Source: an uncultured Brevibacterium sp. (GTDB lineage: Bacteria > Actinomycetota > Actinomycetes > Actinomycetales > Brevibacteriaceae). From it: 40,568 bases of DNA. Positions 1 to 7,205 of this stretch are shown piece after piece (the stretch's first letter is position 1; every line of letters begins with the position of its first letter). The notes beneath the pieces are model-generated. The model ran no database searches. It saw nothing but the letters and a program-made list of their open reading frames with translations, and was not told where the DNA came from. Where the stretch lies: positions 1 to 40,568 of the forward strand of contig CABTZC010000001.1 in NCBI GenBank assembly GCA_902489185.1, written 5' to 3'. The position numbers and the translations under genes were made by a program.

Positions 1-1164
1 CTGGACGACGACGCGGCCGTGCTGTTTACCTCCGGGTCCACCGGCCCGGCCAAGGGTGTGCGGTACACGCACCGAGCGTTGGGTGCCTTGGCCACGGTTC
101 TCAAACGCCATTTCGATGTCAAACCCGGTACTGGCCTGGTGGCTGGGTTCCCGCCGTTTGCGCTGTTGGGACCCGGAATTGGTGCCAGCTCCGTGACTCC
201 GGACATGTCGGTGACAAAACCGCGCACGCTCACGGCGCGCGCCCTGGCCGAGGCGGTTGCCGCCGGGTCCTGCACCATGGTTTTCGCGTCCCCCGCCGCC
301 TACACCAACGTTGCGGCTACCGCTGATGAGCTCACTGACGAACAGCGAGAAGCGTGCGCTGGCGTCGAGATGGCACTGTCTGCTGGTGCGCCCGTTCCGC
401 TTGAGCTCATGCGGAAGATCAAGTCTGTGTTCCCTAACGCTTCCGTTCACTCGCCATATGGCATGACGGAAGGCCTTTTGCTTGCCGACATCACGGCTGA
501 GGGTGTTGCAGAAGCGATGGAGGCGGCTGACGATCACGGCGTGTGCGTGGGGCACCCGATTGACGGCGTGCGCTTTGCGATCGCCCCGATTCTCCCCGAC
601 GGAACACCGTCTGAAGATCTCATCGAACTGTCTGAGCCTACGGCTTCAGAAGCTGTGGGGGTTTTGGGCGAGTTCGTAGTGTCGGCCGATCACATCAAGT
701 CCGGCTACGACCGCCTGTGGCTCACCGATGCCGAATCAAAACGCGACACGGCAGGTGGCCACACGTGGCACCGCACCAACGACATTGGTCACGTGGATGC
801 GCAGGGACGCATCTGGGTCGAAGGGCGCACACAGCACATTGTGACCACGCCTCACGGCCCGGTGGCCCCCGGCGGTGTCGAAGCCGTTGTGGACACAGTT
901 CCTGGGGTTGCGCGCAGTGCCGTGGTGGGTGTTGGGCCACAGGGAAACCAAGCGCTCGTTGTTGTCTTAGAACGTACAGACGAGATGAAACCCGGTTTGG
1001 CCGGCCTCGATATCACCGAACAGATCCGGGAAACCGTGCTCGAGAAGTGCGATCTGGACGTGGCGGCTGTACTTGTGGCCAAGGACTTCCTCACCGACAT
1101 CCGCCACAACTCCAAAATTAACCGCGAACGCCTACGCGAATGGGCCGAAGCCCAGCTGGGGTGA
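1..1164 (+). CDS. oleC: Olefin beta-lactone synthetase OleC-type AMP-binding enzyme, 5'-truncated by the window (probably the C-terminal part of an actinobacterial OleBC fusion)
   Basis: Frame +1 is open from base 1. AMP-binding motifs LFTSGSTGPAKGV, SPYGMTE and WHRTND, plus the OleC-typical C-terminal DIRHNSKINR motif. An OleD-like gene lies 4 kb downstream on the same strand. Confidence 0.8.
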   Translation: MDDDAAVLFTSGSTGPAKGVRYTHRALGALATVLKRHFDVKPGTGLVAGFPPFALLGPGIGASSVTPDMSVTKPRTLTARALAEAVAAGSCTMVFASPAAYTNVAATADELTDEQREACAGVEMALSAGAPVPLELMRKIKSVFPNASVHSPYGMTEGLLLADITAEGVAEAMEAADDHGVCVGHPIDGVRFAIAPILPDGTPSEDLIELSEPTASEAVGVLGEFVVSADHIKSGYDRLWLTDAESKRDTAGGHTWHRTNDIGHVDAQGRIWVEGRTQHIVTTPHGPVAPGGVEAVVDTVPGVARSAVVGVGPQGNQALVVVLERTDEMKPGLAGLDITEQIRETVLEKCDLDVAAVLVAKDFLTDIRHNSKINRERLREWAEAQLG

Positions 1165-1167
1165 AGC

Positions 1168-1971
1168 TCAGTCAAACACCAGGCCGTTGTCGACTACCAA
1201 GTTCTGACCAGTCACAGCGCGTGAAGCCGGGGACGCGAAGAACGTGGCTGCTGCCGCGAACTCTTCGGGAGTGGTGACATGCCCCAAAGGGGTGGTGGAA
1301 GCGATAGCGTCAAACACCTCGGGCGGGGTAGCCGAAGACGCGTCCGTGGCACGCAACAGACCGCCGGACACCATGTTTACCCGGACGCCCAGAGGCCCCA
1401 GGTCCTTTGCGAAAGTCCTGGTCACGGACAAAAGCGCAGCCTTTGAGGCGGTGTAGTCGTGGTACGGAACAACAGGGTTCTGGAACAGGTTGGTGCCAAT
1501 ATTGATGACGCGCCCGGATCCCAGTTCGCGGAAGCCTGGCAGGGCCGACTGGATCGTGTTCACCGCGCCGCCTACGGTGCCGCGGAACTGCGCGTCGAAA
1601 TGTTCATAGTCGATTTCATCGGCGTGGGGGCGTTCGTCGCCGTTAAAGGAAAAATCCACAAGCGCGTTATTCACCACGGTGGACACTGGGGCGTTCCACT
1701 CGTCTTGCACGTGCTTGAACATGGCAAGAACTGCGCGAAAGTCGGCGACGTCGGCCTGCACGGCGAGCGCCCGACCACCCTGTCCCTCAATTGACTTAAC
1801 AAGTTCACCTGCAGCGTCTTCGCTGGTGCGGTAGTTGATGACGACACTGGCACCTTCGGAAACGAACGTCTTAGTCAGAGCCGCGCCCAGACCTCGGGCA
1901 CCCCCAGTGATCAGCACAATCTGGTCGCTGATGGGCAAAGCGTTTGTCGAATGGGCGTGTGCGTTAGCCAT
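1168..1971 (-). CDS. Short-chain dehydrogenase/reductase (3-oxoacyl-ACP reductase-like, GTNLFQNPVVPYHDY subfamily)
   Basis: TGGARGLG Rossmann motif, VNNA, catalytic YTASK. GGAGGAG SD upstream of the ATG at 1971. Confidence 0.9.
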   Translation of the reverse strand: MANAHAHSTNALPISDQIVLITGGARGLGAALTKTFVSEGASVVINYRTSEDAAGELVKSIEGQGGRALAVQADVADFRAVLAMFKHVQDEWNAPVSTVVNNALVDFSFNGDERPHADEIDYEHFDAQFRGTVGGAVNTIQSALPGFRELGSGRVINIGTNLFQNPVVPYHDYTASKAALLSVTRTFAKDLGPLGVRVNMVSGGLLRATDASSATPPEVFDAIASTTPLGHVTTPEEFAAAATFFASPASRAVTGQNLVVDNGLVFD

Positions 1972-2001
1972 AGTGACTCCTCCAATGCGTAGTTGGCACC
2001 A

Positions 2002-2517
2002 TCATCGCATTCCGCGACCAAAAATCCATGCCCACCGGCCCCAACCGAACGCCAATAGTCCGTCTTCCGACACAACGAACGGACCCACGCGAGGCTTCAC
2101 ATCTGGCAGGCCTTTTGACTGGTTGCCGGCCCTGCTTGTGACCCTTCGATAGCGAATACGGGCGCCCACGTAGTCCGCGCGCGCCTCGGGCGGTAGCTGC
2201 TGTGCCTCAGCCAGGCAGAACAGGAGGCTAGCCCCGTCCGTGCCGTGGTCTACAGGTGGGTGTGTGGTGTGCCAGTCCTGCGCCGTTTCCCATGCAGGTT
2301 CGCCTTGTGAACGCGCGCGTTTGAGCCCCACAGCAAGACCCCGGTAGTGCCCACCTAAGGTGCTCAAACGTTTGGAAAACAAGCTGCTTTTGGCTGCGTC
2401 AAGTTTTTTCTGGTCCAGGCCCATCGTGTTGTCCGCGCCACCCACCATGATGGCCACGAACTGAGCTTGGTCCTGTGCCAGCTTTTCGCGGATAGCGGCG
2501 AGGTCACGGACCGTCAC
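2002..2517 (-). CDS. Hypothetical protein, probable DUF692/MNIO partner protein
   Basis: GTG start overlaps the DUF692 stop (GTGA). The N-terminal helix pattern (LAQDQAQFVAIMVGG...GLD...L...SL.SKR) resembles the domain fused or adjacent to actinobacterial DUF692 proteins, recalled from memory. Confidence 0.65.
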   Translation of the reverse strand: MTVRDLAAIREKLAQDQAQFVAIMVGGADNTMGLDQKKLDAAKSSLFSKRLSTLGGHYRGLAVGLKRARSQGEPAWETAQDWHTTHPPVDHGTDGASLLFCLAEAQQLPPEARADYVGARIRYRRVTSRAGNQSKGLPDVKPRVGPFVVSEDGLLAFGWGRWAWIFGRGMR

Positions 2518-3365
2518 GGCGTGATCCTGTCAAGGCCAGCGATGTCGGCGAGCGCATTCAGTTCTGCGAACATTTCGTCTTCAGGCGGGAAAGCTGAGTC
2601 GCGTTCTAGCATGAGCGGAACCGGACCGGTTCGTTCTACCACTTCGTGGGCCAGCGTCATGACTTGCTGTACGACGGGGCTCGCGTGGGTGTCGTGATAC
2701 ATGTCGCCGCGCCACGAACCGCCCGCAATGTGGCAGTACGCGATCCGTTCTAAAGGCATGGCCAGAACATCGGTGAGCGGGTCGCGCCCGTGGTTGGTGG
2801 CGTTTGCCCACACGTTCGCAATATCCAGAACAAGCCCAGCCCCTGTTTCATCTAATAGCGCTGTCACGAACTCGCCTTCGGGCATCTGCGGGTCCGGCCA
2901 TTCCACCAGGGTGGCGATCGGCTCCAGGGCAAGCGGGCGTTGCAACACATCTTGTGCGCGGTGCACGTTGTCGACCATGACGGCCAGCTGGTCACGGGTA
3001 AGCGGGACGGGCAACAAGTGCCCAGCTTCCAACACCCGGGCGTGCGGGGAGTCGTAACCAGCTAGCTCCTGGGCGCGAACCAGTGCAATGTGTTCGCTGA
3101 TCACTGGAGAGTGGCACGCTTCTGCAACAGCGTTGAGCATGTTCAAGGTATCCGGATCCGGTGGCTCTGCCGAACCTAACGACAGTGACACCCCGTGCGT
3201 CACCACCGGGACATTCGAATCCACCAGAACCTGCAAGTATTCGTCCAGGTCGCGGGGATTGTGGTTCTCAGCTAGAACCTCAACAAATGCAGGCGTCAAC
3301 TTGGCCTGCGACTGACGCATTTCCCAACGCCACCCCACACCTAAGCCCGCGGGGAGACTACTCAC
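2514..3365 (-). CDS. DUF692-family multinuclear non-heme iron-dependent oxidative enzyme (MNIO)
   Basis: Motifs LGVGWR, FVEVLAEN, HGVSLSLG, SEHIA, LALEP, LVLDIAN, HIAGG, HDTHA and MLERD carry the typical MNIO metal-ligand set. Confidence 0.93.
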   Translation of the reverse strand: MSSLPAGLGVGWRWEMRQSQAKLTPAFVEVLAENHNPRDLDEYLQVLVDSNVPVVTHGVSLSLGSAEPPDPDTLNMLNAVAEACHSPVISEHIALVRAQELAGYDSPHARVLEAGHLLPVPLTRDQLAVMVDNVHRAQDVLQRPLALEPIATLVEWPDPQMPEGEFVTALLDETGAGLVLDIANVWANATNHGRDPLTDVLAMPLERIAYCHIAGGSWRGDMYHDTHASPVVQQVMTLAHEVVERTGPVPLMLERDSAFPPEDEMFAELNALADIAGLDRITP

Positions 3366-4027
3366 GAACGACCTCGGGACGATACATCCAAGGAGCGAAT
3401 GTCATTGGTCAGCTGCTTGTAGTTGCGCGAACGGAACTTCTTGGTGGGGTTGGAGACCTTTTCGCGGAAAGCCCAGGCCAGAATCCCGACGACCACCAGC
3501 ACCTCGATCAGCAGACCCCACACCGGTTCGTGGGCGAACACCAGCATGATCAGACGCGCGGCTCCCAGCAAAAACAGCGCCAACCCCGCGGCCTGCGCTA
3601 CCAAAAGGGCCGGGTGTTTGGGGCTGATGAGCATGCCTGTTTCACGCATGCCTAAGCGTAGGTCCTGCACCAGTGCGCGCGAATAGTCGTCGTGAGCGAG
3701 CTTTTCGTATACATGCTCAGGAGCTTCTTGCTTGTCAGTGACCTCCAGGGCACGCTGGATGAGCGGCTGTTGCATCAGCCCGCCAAAAATTTTCACGTCT
3801 CCGTTGCGTGCGAAGTATTCGGCTCGAGCGGGAGGACACACCAAGGTGGACACGGTGGCGTATACGCCTGAGCGGCGGTCCTTGGAGTATGCCAGTTCCA
3901 AAATGTTGGGGGTGCGTGCGTATTCGCGGCTCACCATTACGCGAGCGCCCCACACAACGAAGAACAGCAGCACCACTGAGGCGCCGTAGAACCACAGGAA
4001 CGCTCCACCTGTGATGTGGTCGAACAT
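3362..4027 (-). CDS. TIGR04222-type integral membrane protein lacking the Cys-rich tail
   Basis: N-terminal ITGGAFLWFY helix, ELAY motif and two further hydrophobic helices around HEPVWGL. Strong SD (GAGGAGGAG). Stop overlaps the DUF692 start. Confidence 0.8.
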   Translation of the reverse strand: MFDHITGGAFLWFYGASVVLLFFVVWGARVMVSREYARTPNILELAYSKDRRSGVYATVSTLVCPPARAEYFARNGDVKIFGGLMQQPLIQRALEVTDKQEAPEHVYEKLAHDDYSRALVQDLRLGMRETGMLISPKHPALLVAQAAGLALFLLGAARLIMLVFAHEPVWGLLIEVLVVVGILAWAFREKVSNPTKKFRSRNYKQLTNDIRSLDVSSRGRS

Positions 4028-4081
4028 GAATCTCCTCCTCTGTGCCTACCGAGCCCATGCACACGGTAGCCACACACCAGA

Positions 4082-4180
4082 CTAGTCGCCACCTCCGCAA
4101 CCGCCACAGCCGCCACCGCCGCCGCACGAGCTACACGAGCTGCACGAGGATCCTGAACCGCACGAGGAGCTGCCAGCGCC
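4082..4180 (-). repeat. Low-complexity coding repeat: SSC/GGC units, 6 Cys
   Basis: Repeated cacgag units and ccgcca/ccgccg runs on the + strand encode the SSC and GGC motifs. Confidence 0.9.
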
Positions 4181-4963
4181 GTTTGCGAGCGATGCCGCCG
4201 TTGGCAAAGCCCACACCGAGGCAAACGATGGATCCAGCTGCCACGCGGCGGAGGCCCCACCCACAGCCAGTGCCAAGGGGAAGCCCAGGGCGAACGCTTG
4301 CGACTGAGGTTCGAGTCCCCGCATCTGCGTCATGGTGTCCTTAAGCGTCGCGGCGCGCGTTCGCTTCATGGCTCGCGTTGGGCCGGAGTACATAAGAAAC
4401 CCGATCAAGAAAATGAGGCTAAAAGTCATGGCCACGAGGAAGCCTATGGGCTTGTCGTTAAACATGCCCACCGCGCAACGGTAAAGCCCGAATAGAAACA
4501 CTGCAAGCGTGAACCAGCCGGCCAGTCTACGCAGGAACGTCTTGTTGTCTGACAAGAGGCGGTTCCGGCGCATGTCGGCGATGAGGTCCTTTTCCAGCTC
4601 CTTGAACTGCTGGTCGTTTTCCGCGCGTGTGGAAATTGATAGGTGTTGAAGGTCAGACGCTTCCATGAGTTGGCGGACCCGCCCCACAATGGGGTGCGAG
4701 CTTATGTTGCGGTACAGCTCTGGGTTGCCGTGACGTTCCAGGTACTCCAGGCGTTGTGGAGGGTCGAGCAGAGAAACGATGGTGGCGACCAGGCCTATGC
4801 GACCACCTGCGGCGTAGGCCAGTTCGAGCACGTTAGGGGTTTTTCGTAGCGGTCCGGCTGACGTTAACCGTCCCACAATAAGCAAGACAATGCATATCGC
4901 AACGAGCACCGCATAGAAGGCCAGGAATACGGGCCCCGGCACATTGGTCATCAACAGGTTCAT
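4082..4963 (-). CDS. TIGR04222-type integral membrane protein with C-terminal Ser/Gly/Cys-rich tail (candidate MNIO substrate)
   Basis: PGPVFLAFY helix, ELAYAAGG, GxxNDKPIGFL between two TM helices. C-terminus is GAGSSSCGSGSSCSSCSSCGGGGGCGGCGGGD. Confidence 0.88.
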   Translation of the reverse strand: MNLLMTNVPGPVFLAFYAVLVAICIVLLIVGRLTSAGPLRKTPNVLELAYAAGGRIGLVATIVSLLDPPQRLEYLERHGNPELYRNISSHPIVGRVRQLMEASDLQHLSISTRAENDQQFKELEKDLIADMRRNRLLSDNKTFLRRLAGWFTLAVFLFGLYRCAVGMFNDKPIGFLVAMTFSLIFLIGFLMYSGPTRAMKRTRAATLKDTMTQMRGLEPQSQAFALGFPLALAVGGASAAWQLDPSFASVWALPTAASLANGAGSSSCGSGSSCSSCSSCGGGGGCGGCGGGD

Positions 4964-4969
4964 GTTTTA

Positions 4970-4975
4970 AATGTA
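4970..4975 (-). promoter_or_regulatory. Putative -10 element (TACATT) for a leaderless transcript of the TIGR04222-MNIO operon
   Basis: TANNNT hexamer 6 nt before the ATG at 4963, with no SD present. Confidence 0.5.
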
Positions 4976-5073
4976 CGGGCTGAACTCGCTCTGTGTGTGG
5001 CGAGCAGGTTACATCTGTACGTAGATTTGCAATCCGGAGGTGTACTCCATGCGCATCTCCTGCATAAATGAAA

Positions 5074-5104
5074 ATCAGCCCGCGTCCTACGACAACGGGC
5101 TGAT
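5074..5104. repeat. Inverted repeat ATCAGCCCG-N13-CGGGCTGAT in the divergent intergenic region
   Basis: Perfect 9-bp arms at 5074-5082 and 5096-5104. Confidence 0.6.
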
Positions 5105-5177
5105 CATGATGCAAATGATTCTACCACGCACGACCACCCCACGAACCCCTGCTCCGGGCACTACTCACCCAACCGGC

Positions 5178-5183
5178 TACGCT
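5178..5183 (+). promoter_or_regulatory. Putative -10 element (TACGCT) for a leaderless oleD transcript
   Basis: TANNNT hexamer 6 nt before the ATG at 5190. Confidence 0.5.
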
Positions 5184-5189
5184 TGAGGT

Positions 5190-6158
5190 ATGCGAATTTG
5201 TGTCACTGGCGCTTCTGGACTGTTGGGATCTGGCGTTGCCCGCGCGCTTGTTGAGCAGGGCCACCACGTGACCACGTTGCAACGCAGGCCGTCCGGAGTT
5301 GACGGGGCGCAGGACGCACTGGGGTCTGTCACGGACCCCGCTTGCGTGGAAGGTGCGCTCACCGGCGCCGAGGCGGTTATCCACTTGGCAGCGAAAGTCT
5401 CCATGGCGGGTGACTCGGCCCAGTTTGACCGCGTGAACATCGATGGAACACGCACCGTGATTGAAGCCGCTCAGGCTGCGGGCGTGAAGCGTTTTGTCCA
5501 CATTTCTTCGCCTTCGGTTGCACATTCCGGGTCGTCGATCATTGGGGAAGGTGCCCAGCCCGCGAACCCACAAACGGCCCGCGGGGACTACGCGCGCACA
5601 AAAGCCCAGGGCGAAATCATTGCGCTAAACGCAGACTCCGATTCGTTCCCCGTGATTGTGCTACGCCCTCACCTCATGTGGGGTCCGGGTGACACACAGC
5701 TGACCGAACGCATCATCGAACGCGCCAAGCAAGGACGCATCCCCATCTTGGGTTCGGGCACTCCCCTGATCGACACGCTGTATTCGACGAACGCAGTAGA
5801 CGCGATCATTGCCGCCCTCGAGGTGGTGCCCCATACGCACGGGGAGGCGCTCGTGGTGACTAACGGGCAACCTCGGCCGGTGGGCGAACTTCTCAACAGG
5901 ATTGCCGTGGCTGGCGGCGCTGACCCCATCCGCATGCACGTCCCAGCAGGTGCCGCGAAGGTGGCAGGTTCTGCGATTGAGACCGTGTGGAACCTCACCG
6001 AGCACGACGACGAACCGCCACTGACGCATTTCCTTGCCGAACAGCTGTCGACTGCGCACTGGTTTGACCAGCGCCGCACCCGTGAGGCTCTCAACTGGAC
6101 CCCTGCCGTGAGCATCGAGCAGGGCCTGAAGATCCTGGCCGAGCACTACGGGAAGTAG
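5190..6158 (+). CDS. oleD: OleD-type NAD(P)-dependent 2-alkyl-3-oxoalkanoate reductase (extended SDR)
   Basis: TGASGLLG, HLAAK, SSPSV, YARTK, LRPHLMWGPGD and the C-terminal EQLSTAHWFD typical of OleD. Close to oleC. Confidence 0.8.
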   Translation: MRICVTGASGLLGSGVARALVEQGHHVTTLQRRPSGVDGAQDALGSVTDPACVEGALTGAEAVIHLAAKVSMAGDSAQFDRVNIDGTRTVIEAAQAAGVKRFVHISSPSVAHSGSSIIGEGAQPANPQTARGDYARTKAQGEIIALNADSDSFPVIVLRPHLMWGPGDTQLTERIIERAKQGRIPILGSGTPLIDTLYSTNAVDAIIAALEVVPHTHGEALVVTNGQPRPVGELLNRIAVAGGADPIRMHVPAGAAKVAGSAIETVWNLTEHDDEPPLTHFLAEQLSTAHWFDQRRTREALNWTPAVSIEQGLKILAEHYGK

Positions 6159-6385
6159 AAAGCTGTCCACTTTTGCAAGCCTGACACGCGATAAGCGTTC
6201 ATTTTGAAACTTTTTTTAACTTTTTTCTGCGCACCTTGATGCACCTATGACCTGCGAAATCACATCAGTGTAAGCATTATTTATAACGTTTTGATTACGC
6301 CCGCGTGTATCATTTGACGCAGATGTCTACTACGATCCTTTTTGGCGAACAAGTAAATGCTCCCACTTCCCACCTTTAGGAACAT

Positions 6386-7105
6386 ATGCTTAAGACAAAA
6401 CTGCCACTTGCAATCGCTGTAGGCGTTGTATCAGTAGGCCTCTTTTCAGCTCCCGCGTCGGCGATGCCATCACTGACGGGCAACGCGCACGACAACAACT
6501 CAAACTCAACGAGCGATGACGTTGCGCAACCCGAACAGTCACCGACTCCGGCTGATTCGACACCGGAGGAACGAAAGCCCGTTCAGAACGAGTCAAAACC
6601 TAAGCCGAAATCCAAGCCAAAACCGAAACCAAAGTCGAAGCCAAAGCGACAGCTTCCTCCGCAGCCGTCGTATCTGGACAAAGACCAGATTGAGAACGCC
6701 CGCATCATTATTGGTGTGGGGCGCGCATACAAAGTGCCTGACCGGGGAATTCAGATCGCACTGATGACGGCGTTCCAGGAATCCGACATGTACAACCTGG
6801 ACCACGGCGACAAGGACTCGAAGGGGCTGTTCCAACAACGCCCCAAGTACAACTGGGGAACTGAAGACGAAGTTCAAACACGCACGTTTGCCACCCAGTC
6901 TTTCTATGGAGTGAACCCTAAGGTGAAAAACGCGGGTCTTCTGGACATCCCAGGGTGGAAAAAGATGAGCCTGAACGATGCCGCACAAGCAGTACAGCGT
7001 TCGGGATACCCGGAGCGGTACGGCAAGTGGGAGAACTTGGCATGGCGTACGCTTCAAGCAAACTACGACGCGCCCAAGATTTACCACGCGGGACCTGTGG
7101 AATAG
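6386..7105 (+). CDS. Secreted protein with Lys/Pro-rich linker and lysozyme/lytic transglycosylase-like domain (putative cell-wall hydrolase)
   Basis: Signal peptide ending APASA. Motifs IALMTAFQES, DSKGLFQQRP and AAQAVQRSGYP are common in actinobacterial peptidoglycan-related proteins. AGGA SD. Confidence 0.75.
   Translation: MLKTKLPLAIAVGVVSVGLFSAPASAMPSLTGNAHDNNSNSTSDDVAQPEQSPTPADSTPEERKPVQNESKPKPKSKPKPKPKSKPKRQLPPQPSYLDKDQIENARIIIGVGRAYKVPDRGIQIALMTAFQESDMYNLDHGDKDSKGLFQQRPKYNWGTEDEVQTRTFATQSFYGVNPKVKNAGLLDIPGWKKMSLNDAAQAVQRSGYPERYGKWENLAWRTLQANYDAPKIYHAGPVE
6593..6646 (+). repeat. Coding low-complexity repeat SKPKPKSKPKPKPKSKPK
   Basis: Repeated Lys-Pro codon pairs. Confidence 0.85.
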
Positions 7106-7127
7106 TCAACGCCACGTGAAAGAGCGC

Positions 7128-7182
7128 ACGTGTCTCTCAGGCGCCTATTAGGGGAAGGGAGCCAGGGAGGCACGTCGTTTAT
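7128..7182 (+). terminator. Probable intrinsic terminator of the secreted hydrolase gene
   Basis: Arms ACGTGTCTCTCAGGC (7128-7142) and GCCAGGGAGGCACGT (7161-7175) pair with two G-U pairs and one mismatch on the + strand, followed by a short T-rich tract. Confidence 0.5.
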
Positions 7183-7192
7183 TCCACGCGAG

Positions 7193-7198
7193 TAAGAT
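7193..7198 (+). promoter_or_regulatory. Putative -10 element (TAAGAT) for a leaderless ArsR transcript
   Basis: TANNNT hexamer 7 nt before the ATG at 7206, with no SD present. Confidence 0.5.
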
Positions 7199-7205
7199 AC
7201 TCAAT

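Noticed and set aside
1972..2001. TPP riboswitch ahead of the thiamine-associated SDR subfamily gene
   Set aside because: Only 30 nt of intergenic space and no TPP aptamer motifs.
3735..4344. Arg-rich or Ala-rich alternative-frame ORFs over the Cys tail as separate precursor peptides
   Set aside because: They are frame-shifted or antisense readings of the same low-complexity DNA.
6160..6385. c-di-AMP (ydaO) riboswitch upstream of the cell-wall hydrolase
   Set aside because: The region is AT-rich and lacks the conserved GC-rich aptamer segments. TTGACG and TACGAT are only 11 nt apart, so they are not a -35/-10 pair either.
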